Source: Cycas panzhihuaensis (Eukaryota > Plantae > Cycadophyta). Taken from it: a stretch of DNA of 64,000 nucleotides. The translations under genes were made by a program, and so were the position numbers. How positions within the stretch are numbered: the stretch's first letter is position 1; each line of letters opens with the position of its first letter. Shown piece after piece: positions 11,136-23,196 of this stretch. Below the pieces are notes generated by a model. The model saw only the letters and a program-made list of their open reading frames with translations. It made no database searches and was not told the DNA's origin. The stretch is taken from NCBI GenBank assembly GCA_023213395.1, contig CM041465.1, forward strand, positions 137,647,741-137,711,740, in the 5' to 3' direction.

Positions 11136-13483
11136 CCTTGCCTTGAAGAGGATTAGCATTCATCTTATTTAACTCATTTTCTATATTATTTTTTAATAAT
11201 TAGCATATTTTTATTAATTGGTGCTATTTATTAGTCGATATGTGTTATTAAACCCATTGGATTCATAATATTACCATAAAAGCAAAAGAAGAGAACAAAA
11301 GGAAATAAACCAGTATAGTAGAAAATTGAAACTTCTAAATTATGAAGGAAAAAGAGGCATGGGAGAAGAGATAAAAAATTGGATACATAAGCTAAGAAGA
11401 TACTTTAAGACTAGGTAGTTATATCAAGACCTCAATAACCACATATTAATTAATAAGACTTCCACTCACTTAGTGGAATGACAAACTCCATAGTTACAAA
11501 ACAAAACCAAAGTTTATCCCTTAGAATAAATTAAAAAAGATTTTTTGTAATAAATTTATCTTTGAAAATTTCTTATAAGATAGTCTAAATGTTTTTCGCA
11601 ATTTAAAGCGTAGAAGCCTTAACATAAGTGAGCATAAAGAAAAATTTGAAATCCTTAATAGATTTATACCTATTATCTAAGGAAAGGATCAACTTATAAG
11701 ATTCATTAATGGATTGAATTGAGAATGTTGCACTTATGTATGGGTTGATAAGCCTAATTTAATGGACGAAGCTACCGCATTTATAGAGAGATATGAAGAG
11801 CAAAGGAGTGGAGAAAAAAGGAGGAGGGAATGGTTGCATGAAAGGGAAGGTGCTTGCATGGGCAGTACACTTAAGACACAAAAGAAAGAGATATAAAGTA
11901 AGTAGAAGGGACGGTCACAAAGACCGGGATAGCAACTAGGATTATTGAAGCATTGAGACTTCTACTAGAGGCCATAATAGCTCTTAAGAGGAATAGTCTG
12001 GCTGAGATTTATATGGGAAACCTCTTAGGTAGCTAAGTAATTAAAATTAAGTCCAAAATTAATGAAACAAATTTAAAACTATAAATTATTGGGAATGCAA
12101 AGAAGCACACTCAAGATAGAATTGTTTCTAATTTAGGACATAAAGTCATCCCAAAAGTGCTATAGCTTTGATTGTAACAGCCTTAATACCCTCACAACAA
12201 TAGATGCACATACATGTTATAATGCAATTAAGGAAAATATATATGTAATTATCTTTCATGCAAGTAAATGACAAAATAAATGAATAATATTTCATTACTT
12301 TTGAAGAGTTAAGGAGTAGTTATGACTTTATTTCTTCAAAATTAGTAAGAAAATTAAACTTAGTACCTATGAAAAAAGAACCTACTTGGGTTGAATCAGT
12401 TGATGATGAAACACTTAGGTAAACTAATGTTATTTTAGAAAATTTAATATTTGAGATAAATAAATACCAAATATATAGAGATTTTCAATTGCTAGATTTG
12501 GGAAAGTATGAAGCCATAATAGGCATGGTTTGCTTAGAATCCATTAGTGCGTATATAGGTTGCCATAATAAGCAAGTCATTATGACCAAACATCCTAACA
12601 GAGTTATCATTATTTAAGTGAGGAGAGATCCACACAGTTATAAACACTTCTACAACATAAGTTAAAAGGTGTGCTTGAAAGGGATGTAAACTTTTCTTTG
12701 ATTTAATATAAGTAGTCTTTCTTTCTCTTTATAGAGAAGAAAACAATTATGTTCTTTCCTTTTCTTTCTAGAATGTTAATAATTAATTAAATTATTTTCT
12801 TTTTATTTTTGTTTAAGAATTACTAATTAAACTATTATGGGGTTCTTATTATTTTAGGGGTATGATTAGGCACTAGTGACAACTTTTCTACCTATTGATG
12901 TTAATAGCGTTAATAGATCATGCCACCTCAACTAAAGAAATTGCCAATTAGACATGGCATATCTCGAAAAGCAAGTGAGCTATCATTAGTTTAACCTCTC
13001 TTTTACATCCCCAAACCCTATCCCAACCTCCAACACAAACACACATACTAGATAATGTATTAAGATAATTAAAACATAATATACATATATTTACTAGATG
13101 ATACTTGCACATACAACACACACATTCATACTATAAATGTGTATATTGTTTATTACAATGAATACAAACTATTAGATACATATATTTTAATAATTAGCAT
13201 AAGTTTCTACACGTGTGATGGTATGAATATGATTTGAAAAAAATAGTGCATTAGAAAATGATTTACTTAACAACAACAAACATATAGATAATCTCCATGG
13301 CCTTACTAGAAGCTTAAAGTGGAGAAAAACCTTGAACCATTTAATAATATGATGGCAACTTAGCATAAATTATATGGGTCATCTCCTTTGAGAAAAAATA
13401 AAAACAATGTAGTTGCTTAAGAGAGAGAGAGACAATAATACACTTAATAATATTCAACAAATTGCAGATATGCTGATCAAAGG

Positions 13484-13590
13484 ACAAGTATGCAAAACAC
13501 CTTATCGATTTGAAAATTCTTTCCAATCACCTTTTTAACAAGTATGCAAAATACCTTATAGATTTGAAAATTCTATCCAATAACCCTTTC
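13484..13590. repeat. 54-bp tandem duplication just downstream of the RLP stop codon
   Basis: ACAAGTATGCAAAAYACCTTATMGATTTGAAAATTCT.. at 13484 and 13538. Confidence 0.85.
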
Positions 13591-13614
13591 ATATATTAGC
13601 CCTATTCTTTCAAA

Positions 13615-16600
13615 TTATCTGAGTCCCCTCCCATGGTTTGTCAAGTTTCGAACACCCACCCAGTTGACCAAATCAATGACCAATCCATCCATAACCTTAA
13701 AATATCTCCTCCTCCATCCCATGTTTGCAAGCAGCACTATGTACACTCCCCAAAACCCTGCGGCAAAGCCGGCCACAAGACTTATATACCAATACCATGT
13801 ATTCTCAGTGTTTTCTTCGTCATCCTCGTCGGCTTCTGGGGAATTTGGAGCCATACCTGATGATGCTTGAATTCCACATTTTTTTCTGACCGGAAACCCA
13901 CATAGATTATTGTTCCCAGTATAGGAAGAAGCATTGAATGTTGCAAACTGACCTCCACTTGGTATTCTTCCAGAAAGTTCGTTGCTTGAGACGAGGAAGC
14001 AAGACAAAAAGTTCAGTTGTAACATTTGGGATGGAATTGTTCCACATAATTTGTTATGAGAAAGATCCAGTGATTCCAACTGCTCCATCTGACCAATAGA
14101 TATTGGAATTTGTCCAGCGAGATGATTTCTAGACAAGTTGAGAGCATGCAGACCTCTCAAGCTTCCAATTTGAGAAGGGATTTGACCCGTTAGTTGATTT
14201 TCTGAGAGATCAATGCACGTCATTAGCAACAAAATAGAATTTTCATATGACAGCATTTGTTGCTTGTTAATCACAAGGATCTTTTCTTTGTAGTAGTAGA
14301 AACTGTTTGTGTCTTCCCACGTATGGTTGTGATTTTGTCCGTCTGTCATGGCATGCAATTTTCCAAGAGTTGAAGGGATAGTGCCCGATAGACGGTTATG
14401 AGAGAGGTCTACTATTTGTAGGTGCTCAAGAGAACATATTTTGGGCGGAATATTACCTTCAAACTGATTCCAGCTTAGCACAAGAACCCGCAGCTCAGAA
14501 AGTAGTGCCAACCAAGTAGGTATGGTTTTAGACAGCTGGTTATGCCCAACATCTAAAATCTGCAACTTCTTGCAGTTTCTAAGGGACGAAGGCAAAGTTC
14601 CTTTAAGTCCGTTGTTGTCGAGATGCAGCGTATGGAGATTACTTAACTTTCCAACATTTGAGGGGATTCGCCCTTCCAAGCTATTGTTTGCCAAGTTTAA
14701 TATTGTCAAAGATGAGCAATTGAATATGCTCCTCGGTATTTCCCCTGACAAACTGTTGCTTGAAAGATCCAAAACATTCAAATATTGCAGATCGCCGATT
14801 GAAACGGGAATGCCACCCGCCAAACTGTTCGATGAAAGCGACAGAAAGTCTATGTAAGGAAGGATTTTGCCAATTTCGGGGGGAATATGACCACTGAAAT
14901 GGTTTTGGGACAGATCAAGAAATTCCAATTCATTGCATGGCGGAGAATTAAGGATGGGAAGAGAGCCGTTTAGCTGGTTATCATGCAAGTCGACTATCTC
15001 GTAGTTACTCAAGTTGAAGTTCGGAGGAAGAGGGCCTTCCAAGGTATTATGTGAGAGGTTAAGTGATTGGAGAGAAGGAAGTTCTGCCAGCCAGGTCGGT
15101 ATGTTTCCCGAGAGGTGGTTGTTGGGGAGGACGAGAGTGTGAATATTATATTGAGCTGAGAGGAACACTGGAATGCCACCCTCAACATTACAAGATCCCA
15201 ACCCCAAACTTCCAAACTGAGCGAGTGGCACCCATGCCAGATTTATGTAGACGGTGAAGCGATTGTCAGACAGGCGTAGAGAGGAGAGACTCGGGAGATC
15301 AAAGGCGGAGAGGGAGATGTTACCATCCAGGCTGTTGGAAGACACGTCTAGGAACCAAAGACTGGTAAGGTTTTGGAAGAGGGAGAGAGACAGGTTTCCT
15401 TCCAGTTGGTTATTAGAGAGGTAAAGGTATTGAAGGTGAGAGAGAAGGGCGAGGGAAGTGGGAATGCTGCCACTCAGTCTGTTCTCGGAGAGGTCGAGGT
15501 GAGTAAGGGATGAGAGCAGACCAAGTGACGTTGGAATCTCTCCGCTCATCGAGTTACCGTCGAGATGCAGCTCTTGAAGAGCAGAGAGATTTGTAATGGA
15601 GGGAGGAATAAGGCCTTCTATCTGGCCGCTTGAGAGACTGAGGTATGTGAGGGAAGAAATGTTGGAAATGGAAATGTTTCCCCACAGTTGGAGGTGGGTG
15701 AGGCGCGGCCATCCACTGCCCAATATTTCACTCACATTTCCACCCAGACAGAGAGAGCTCTTTCAAACGAGGAAGGCGTGAGAGACAGAGGGGGAATTGA
15801 CCACTCACGTTACCACCACCAAAGAGATGAAGGGATACTAAGGAGGTAAGATTCCCCATCCACTCAGGTATCGCCCAAGATATCTGGTAATTTCCAAACA
15901 GGTCGAGGGAAGAGAGGGAGGTCAAGTTGCGCAAACCAATGGGAATGGGTCCTGACAGCTGGCAGCGTGACAAGTGAAGGCTGTGCAGGTTGTGGAGATA
16001 AGATATGGAGTCTCCCCAATTCTCGCTTCTCATCTGAATCAGGTCCACGCCATGAAGTGCCAGATAATTTAATGCCGACAAATTCCGCATCCACGCTAAA
16101 CTCGAGCTCCACACCTCAAAAGAAGAGAGATCAAAAAAGTGCAAGCGGGTGAGACTCCCAAGCTGTGGAGGGATCGAACCGCTGAAGCCCGCATTCGCCA
16201 AGTTGAGGTGAGTTAAATTGTGGAGTGAGGCAATTCCGATGGGTATAGCCCCCTCAAACTCATTCCCACTTAAATCCAGATGCTCCAATCCTTTCAATCC
16301 AAACAAGCCTGCAAGCACAGCAGAGTTTCCAACCAACCAATTATTGAAACTCTCAAATCCAAATGCTAATAAAAGAGTGCATACAACAGCCTTCAATACG
16401 GGTACCTGCAGGCATAGTCCCACCGAAAAAGTTGAGACTCAAATCCAAGTATTTCAATTGTGTCAGTGAAAATACAGCTGGACTGACTGCTCCATTATTC
16501 ACCATCGGATAAGGATAAGCCAAAGAATTGTGGAGGTCAAGTCTGATTATGTGTGACGTATGACTATCACACCGGACGCCTTTCCATTGGCAGCAGTCGT

Positions 16601-16760
16601 CTCCCTTCCACGAAGACAATTTGGGTGTGGGGTGCGCAGCCTTCACTTTAAGCAGAGCCAACCTCTCCTCGCTTAAACATGAAGCCGCTGTCATAGGAGA
16701 CAATATTGTTCCACACCATACCACTGCAAACAGCAGCAATATTGTTGACCTCAATTCCAT
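13615..16760 (-). CDS. Leucine-rich-repeat receptor-like protein (LRR-RLP, EIX2/RXEG1-like architecture); exons 16406-16760 and 13615-16308; apparent frameshift at ~15740 (possible pseudogene)
   Basis: Signal peptide MELRSTILLLFAVVWC; LRRNT C..ERLALL..LSSW..DCCQWKGVRC; many LxxLxxLDLSxNxLSGxIP repeats; island domain with K-x5-Y (KQQMLSY); four C-terminal LRRs; GQFATF..GNNNLCG cap; acidic juxtamembrane; TM with GxxxG; short basic tail; no kinase. Confidence 0.93.
16309..16405 (-). other. 97-bp phase-1 GT-AG intron in the RLP gene
   Basis: Donor CAG|GTACCC and acceptor TGCTTGCAG|G. Splicing joins ..FFGGTMPA-G-LFGLKGLEHLDLS in frame and restores LRR periodicity. Confidence 0.88.
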
Positions 16761-16835
16761 CGACTTATTTTGTTGTTTCTCTCGCCCTTCCACCTGTGGA
16801 AGAGTTATCAAATATTCTTAAAATTAAATGAACAT

Positions 16836-17760
16836 AAGTCAAATTAATTATTCAAAATAATTAAAATATTTATATATCAATTTATAATTAAAATAAACAA
16901 ATAAAACAACAAATTGGATACACCAAAGCAACTAGTTTTTCATCATTAAACGCGTTCACCAATAATTGTTCCTGGTGATTCTATGTCTTCCAAACTCTCA
17001 TATAGAACAATAATTCCATTATGTACTAGGAACGAGAAGAGAAATTTGTAGAACAAAGAGACCATTCATACATCTATTTTTCTATTCTATATTTATTATA
17101 AAAGAACACAAGATATTAGTAAAATTTAGGTTGGGAATTAAAATTAAAAGATGAGAGCAAACTATCACATTTATGATACATGGTAGCTTAATTGTTTTCT
17201 TCTTATTCAAGAACAGATGAGAAAATAAGACATAATATTGCTTTTAAACAATCTTCATTGAAAATAATGAAAACACTTCATGTAAAGGGAAAAAATTTAA
17301 AAAAAAAAAATCAAAACAAAATTAGTACATTCATCTACAGACATACTCACCAATAGCTATAGCTATTGATCTTTGGTTCCCAAAGCTTTCAGCGCAAAGA
17401 TAATACAAGATCAATTGTATCATAGAATGGAACCCCAAAAGGGGCTCTTATAGGCTAAAGATGACAATAACGTGGTGTTTGTTTTCCTACTCTTAGGTCC
17501 AGAAAAATAAGAAATTAGCAAAACACGCGTATGACTTAGACTATGACTGAAAAGTAAAACAATAAGATAGAAAACTCTTGCATTTCAAATACAACATCGC
17601 TAAATTATTTTTAGTGATAAGATATTGCATTTCAAACACGCCATGGTTCAATTTTTCCTCTTTTGGTCAAGAACATGTAAGAAAATATGGTAGGCAGAAC
17701 GAAGATTCTAGTGCAACATTCAAATCTAAGAGGTGACTTCATATAGTCAAGATATTGAAG
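16836..17760 (-). promoter_or_regulatory. Putative RLP promoter with W-box (TTGACY) and CGCG-box motifs
   Basis: AGTCAA at ~16837 and ~17745, GGTCAA at ~17665; AACGCGTT at 16949-16956 and ACGCGT at 17525-17530. Motif matches only. Confidence 0.4.
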
Positions 17761-17849
17761 AAAATGTGCAACTAAATACTTATAGAAATAGATGCATAAT
17801 ATTTTTTTTTATACAAACTAATAAAAGGGGAATTTATATTTCTCTAAAG

Positions 17850-19000
17850 CAAATTTTGTTCAATATTATGTTATTCATGGTGATGAAGGCTATAAATTTG
17901 TTTCTATAACATAATATTTTTTTATATTAATATATTAAATATAAATATTGTAATGTGCAATAATGTCGATTGATGATTTCTTTATTCTGCTTGTACTCGC
18001 ACATCCAATTACTCTACTTTGAATAATAAAAAGTAAGAGAACTCAATAGTGGCAAAGAAAAACAAAAGAAAACTACCCATTAACATAAAACACAAACACA
18101 TCATATAATGAATGAGAAGTAACAACTTACATAAGATAATGATAATGTATCATATATTCCACCACTCTTGGTCAATACAATTGTGATTTATAGGGTTGTG
18201 AATAAAAGTTAAAGTATGATATAGCAAACTATTACATTTCCAATATGACATACCTTAATTATTTCCTCACTAGTCAAGGATAAATGAGAAGATAAGACAT
18301 ATAGTACAAGTTGAGAGTAATGTTTACGACGATGACAAGAAGAAAAATCAAAGCATCTAGACAAGCATAAAGCTTCTAGACAAGAAGAAAAATCAAAGCA
18401 TCTAGAAGCATTAGTAATCTAGACAAGCATAAAGCTTCTAGACAAGAAGAAAAATCAAAGCATATAGAAGCATTAGTAATCTAGACAATTACATAATTTT
18501 CTTCCTACAATACCAATAAATGCGTATATATACTTATGAGATGGAAAGAATCATATCAACATAATCTTGAGATTGGAAATATATTTATGTAGGTTTTATA
18601 AAGCAAATGCATGTGATTTTTCTCCATCTAAATTCGTAAAAAGGAAGTTTATTCTAGTTTACATTTATTTTAATAAAATTTCACTAGATATTATGTTGTT
18701 CATGACAATTAAATTGAAAGTTATGAATTTGGAAATATAATATAATATATATTTTTATTAGTATGTTGAAAAAAGATATTATGATGTATAATAATGTGTT
18801 ATGGCAATTCCATTCTTTTGTTTGTATTCACACATCAATAATAATATCATTATAACTTTATCTTTAATAATAAAAAGGAAAGATAATGCTTTAGTGGCAA
18901 AGAAAAAAAGAAAAGCAAAACTATTCATTGAAATAAAGAACAAGTGTATCATGTAATGGAATAATGAAATTAGTTTATATGCTAAAGATAATAATAATGC
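17850..19000. repeat. Diverged ~300-bp direct duplication (17850-18150 vs 18680-19000)
   Basis: Colinear shared blocks: TATTATGTT.TTCATG, TTGTA.TC.CACATC, AATAATAAAAAG, TAGTGGCAAAGAAAAA, AAGATAAT.ATAATG. Confidence 0.7.
18334..18487. repeat. Composite minisatellite (~62-bp unit, about 2.5 copies) built from TCTAGA-ended modules
   Basis: GACAAGAAGAAAAATCAAAGCAT x3, ACAAGCATAAAGCTTCTAG x2, AAGCATTAGTAATCTAG x2. Confidence 0.9.
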
Positions 19001-22000
19001 TAAAAATAAGCTAGCAAATTGCCCTTTTAAGGAAAATCCACAAATAAATACTCCATTATTATTTCAAATAAATGTCTAATTATGTTATTACACCATGATG
19101 TGCATTTTAAATATGGCAATCACCAATATTTTAACCACTAAATTATGCATGATACAAGTAAATATTAGATATTTGACAATATCTTTTAACATCCTCCCTT
19201 AATATTGACTTTAAGAGGGGTATAAAAAAGCATCATTATTTCAACCCCTACTTGATGATTTTAGTTATTTTAAGGATTTGTTAAAGCTTGCTAAACTTGT
19301 CATTGGCAAGTGGTTTGGTGAAGACATCTATTCCAAAGGATAAATTTCCAACTAAATAGTTCCATTACTAATCAGGTCATATATAAAAAATATGTATAGT
19401 TCAATATACTTAATCTTTGAGTAATGTGCATGATTACTGATAACATAAATAACTCTTTAATTATCAATATGTAATATGATAAACATTTTCAAGAAAAAAC
19501 CAATTTCATCAAGTAAAGGTTTGATCCACAAAGTTTCTTTGATTAACTTAACTAATGTATGATATTTAGCCTCAATAATAGAAAGAGTAAGATATTATAT
19601 CTTCACGCTGAACTATATGATAGGACCAGAACCAAGATGAAAAATATAACTCGTTGTTGACTTTCTTCCACCAATCACCTGTCTAATTAAAATCTGAATA
19701 GCTAATCAACTCAAAATCACCATCAAATTATTCATATTAAAGATCGTGATGGATAATACCTTAAAGATATTGTAGAATTTTCTTAACATCATTACAATAA
19801 GATTCATAAGGGTCCCACATAAATCGAGAATAAACACCAATTACATATGAGATGTTAACTCGAGTATGTCTAATATATCAAATTATTAAGTAAATACTAA
19901 TATAAAATAACCTTAATTAGGGGAGAATCATAAATGATGTTGAGTTTTACTCCACTTAAAAATGAGTAAGGGTAGGCTTGCAAGCATCCATTTTAAATTT
20001 CTTAAGTAAATCTATAATGTAGTTAGGTTGTGAAATTGAAAGACTACTATTTATTTGAAGCACTTGAAATTTAAGAAAATAACAAAGTAAGCCAAAATCA
20101 ATCATCTCAAAATTATTCTTCATGTCATTCTTGATATATAAATAGAAGTAGTATTATAACTAATGATGACCATATCATCTACATAAAGAACTAGAAGTGT
20201 AATCTTATTACCTTGACATCAAAAATAGAGATTGGAATCACTCACACATCTAGAAAATCCATGATTAATAAGATAATGATACTTATTAATATTTTTTTTT
20301 CATATTTAGCCTTAAAGGCTTGTTCCAAACAATACAAAGACTTCTTGGATTTACAAACTAGATCATAACTAAATTCATAATTAGGAGGTTAGACCATGCA
20401 ACTTTGCTCTTTAAGATCATAATTTAAGAAAAGATTTTTTGACATCTGTTTGATGAAATTACAATATAAATTTAATATCCAAAGAAATAAAAAACTTGAT
20501 AATATTTATTTTAGTAATCATAGGAAAAGTCTCAATATAATTAACTTTATCGATTTCTAAGAAACCTCTAGTTACCAATCTACCTTTATATTTCTTAATA
20601 TCATAATCAAAATAAAATTTTGTTTAATAGTCCCATTTGTAACTGGGTTCTTATAAAGGGAAAAGCATTGCCTCTTATATAATTTTTTTATCAAAGCATC
20701 ATACTACTCAGCCATAGTAGCATTCTAAAAGGGATTGTCTTTAATTTCATCAAAAGATTCAGAGTCTTCAAGTTCTATTTCCTTGTCCATAAGAGCATAA
20801 TTAGCTTGAAGCATTTAAGTAAAAGTCCTTTTAGGAGTGAAAGAATTATACATATCAAAATTAATTATGGTAAGTGTTTTTTGAAACCATTTAGGTTGTC
20901 TTTGAGTATTTGAAGTTTCAACATCTAAATTTACATTATGAGAATCAGCTAAATCATATTAATGACCACCACAAATATGAGAGATAGAAGGAGAAGAAAC
21001 ATGACCACTTGAGATAGAAATACTTGAGCCAAAAGTAATGCCATGAGATGGAATATGAGTAATGTTATTTATAAGAGGAAGCAAAGAAGCACTAACATAC
21101 TCATGAGAAGGATAAATGTATAAACCATTCTCATCAACCTTAGCATAATGATTAATAAATACTTTATTAGAAGTAGGATCAAAGTGTTTATACATTTTAT
21201 ACTCTTTACTACAACTTATAAAGATATATCTTGTACTTTTTTAATCTAATATTTTCCTTCATTTATTAGAAATATAAGGTTGTAGAACACTACAAAAGAT
21301 CTAGAGATATGGCACTATAGGTTTCCTACTCAACTATTTTTCTTCAAGAGTAATGTTAAAAACAATACTAACATGTAGATGATTTAATAGATAATTAGTA
21401 CAAATGATGATTTCAACCCATAATTTTAGTTCTAAGCCCTTAAAATATAGTATGTAATATGCCATTTTAACAAGAGTTATGTTTTTCTTCCATACTACAC
21501 CATTTTATTGAGGGTACATATAATAGAATATCGAAAATGAATGTCATTCTTCTTTCCAAGGCTTCAACATATTGATTTTATAACCAAATTGATTCTAGAA
21601 AAGGGGTTTGAATTTAAGAAATCTATCAAACAAATCACTTTTTTGTTTAAGAATATAAATCCAATATTTATATGAAAAATCATCAATGAAAGTAAGTAGA
21701 TATTTTCTTCTTAATATAGAAGTTACTTGAAATGGTCCACAAATATTAAAGTGTATCAACTCAAGAGAATATTAGGCTTTAAAAATAACCTCAGGAAATA
21801 AAGAATCTATGTGACGTTTCTTATAATACATTCCTCAAAGGCATAATATATTATGGAGAGATTATGAAATAACTATATTATGCTTTTGCAAAATATTTAA
21901 TTACCCATAGTTGATATTACCAAATAAAAAATGTTATAACTTATTAAAAGAATCAAAATAAGCAATGTATGAAGAAAAAGCAAATCTCATACCATATTCT

Positions 22001-22100
22001 TAAACATCATACCTTCTACTAGTCCATTCATATCATATAGGTTATATAAACCATTGTTATGATCATTAGTACATGAAGTAATAACAACCCTATAACGATC
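19000..22100 (-). mobile_element. Degenerate Ty1/Copia (IN-RT-RH, PPT, probable 3' LTR), 5'-truncated
   Basis: Minus-strand motifs ICGPF (~21735), PQ.NG (~21505), VLYVDD (~20170-20190), DVFTKPL (~19310-19330); PPT AAGGGAGGA then TG at ~19191. Confidence 0.85.
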
Positions 22101-22520
22101 TCTATAATTCCTTTTCTACAAAACCTTTTTTTTGTAAATTCAACCTTATAAATTTTTTGACAAAGTTGGTAAACAAAGGTTGCTTGGGAAAGCAAAGAGT
22201 GCCCCCAAACGAGGGGAGCATTCCCTCTGGAGGCCCCAGGGGCAGAAAAGAGCTGCGAAAATGGGTGCAGGACGGTAAAACGAGCTAAACGAGTATAAAC
22301 TTAGGCATGCACGGGGGTGGCATGCAAAACGCGACAAAAGGGCCGTGCGAAAAATGCATTGGAAGGGTGCCATAAATGCATCCGCAAGAAGAAGCGAGTC
22401 GAAGGCTATGGGAGCACAATAGGAGACAAGGCTAGAAGGTAAAGGTGATATGGGGATAGAGACGATCCAAAGGGATGTCATGAGGGCGGAAATGGAGACA
22501 GTGCCCATTGGGGTCCCCGC

Positions 22521-22528
22521 CTATATAA
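22521..22528 (+). promoter_or_regulatory. TATA box candidate for the antisense PMD gene
   Basis: CTATATAA in GC-rich context, upstream of splice-like signals (donor GTGAGT ~22713; acceptors ~22783 and ~23196). Confidence 0.55.
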
Positions 22529-23196
22529 GGAAATTCGACAGAAAATGGATTCATTTTCATGGGCTTTCAAGAGAATCCAGAGCCATTCCCTTACACAGCG
22601 GAGCGCTACCTAACTTTGGAGGCACGCGGAGGGAGATCAGACCATTGGATCAGAGCGAGAGGACAGCAGTTGGGACCGTCGATACGAGATAACGAGTGCT
22701 ACGTCAGATCCAGTGAGTGGATCCCACAAAACCCAGCCCATCTCGTGGTTTCAATTTTATTGCTTTTTGTTATTTTTACGTAGGTTTTTGGGCCCCATAT
22801 GGGCGAGAAAAGGCCTCCCGGAGTTCGAATTGGACCCAGAAAGAGGCAGGATCAGGGCATTAGGCAGCCCTGGTCTCAGTGGACCCTGCAGGGCCCACTC
22901 AGAAGATTTTTTTTTATTTTTTTGGGCACGAAAACCCCCCCGTTTGGGTTGGTGTTGTTCGCACTGCAACAAAAATCGCGGTGCTGCGATCTTTGCCGCG
23001 GGGCCCCGATCACCGCGGGACCCGTTCCAAACTTCATGGTACCGCGAAGTTTGGTGCAGTGCGAAGGCAGAACTGCAGAAAAAGGAAGATAGGGGCCTGG
23101 GAGGCCCCAAATCTCGATCAGGTGGAGCTGATGGGTGGTTGAAGGGACAAAGAGCTAATGTAGGCTAAGATATGACTAGTTTCATGGTGTTTGCAG

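Larger units (their letters stand above)
4619..12427. repeat. Tandem duplication unit 2 (~2.2 kb excluding the 5508-11135 insertion)
   Basis: 4619-5507 plus 11141-12427 aligns with 57320-59289 and with 1-821/4489-4623. Junction microhomology ACTAA at 4619-4623, 12423-12427 and 57320-57324. Confidence 0.85.
5329..12720 (+). mobile_element. Old degenerate Gypsy: 5' LTR (5329-11270, split by a younger element) plus decayed gag-protease
   Basis: LTR termini TGTTATGAA...TTCATAATA (imperfect inverted repeat). Gag-like KLLNYEGK..EEIKNWIHKLRRYF at ~11330-11410; protease-like region at 12270-12560. Uninterrupted LTR copy at 58044-58353. Confidence 0.6.

Noticed and set aside
15635-15735. GTGAGT donor-like site that might splice out the RLP frameshift
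   Set aside because: The nearby good acceptors (CTCAG, TCAAG) give the wrong phase, and the sequence reads as conserved-looking coding (NVSEILGSGWP).
13633-16821. Plus-strand ORFs overlapping the RLP
   Set aside because: They are antisense shadows of LRR coding sequence with no independent features.
18334-18487. CRISPR-like repeat/spacer appearance
   Set aside because: The intervening segments are themselves repeated, the context is eukaryotic and there are no cas genes.
22098-22107. ATCTCTATAA / ATCTATATAA (30947) as a 10-bp TSD of the PMD element
   Set aside because: The two flanks are Copia sequences in opposite orientations and cannot be rejoined. LTR elements make ~5-bp TSDs and the match is AT-rich.
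22146-23168. Multiple overlapping 70-150-aa ORFs
   Set aside because: Expected in GC-rich promoter/leader DNA; no recognisable domains.
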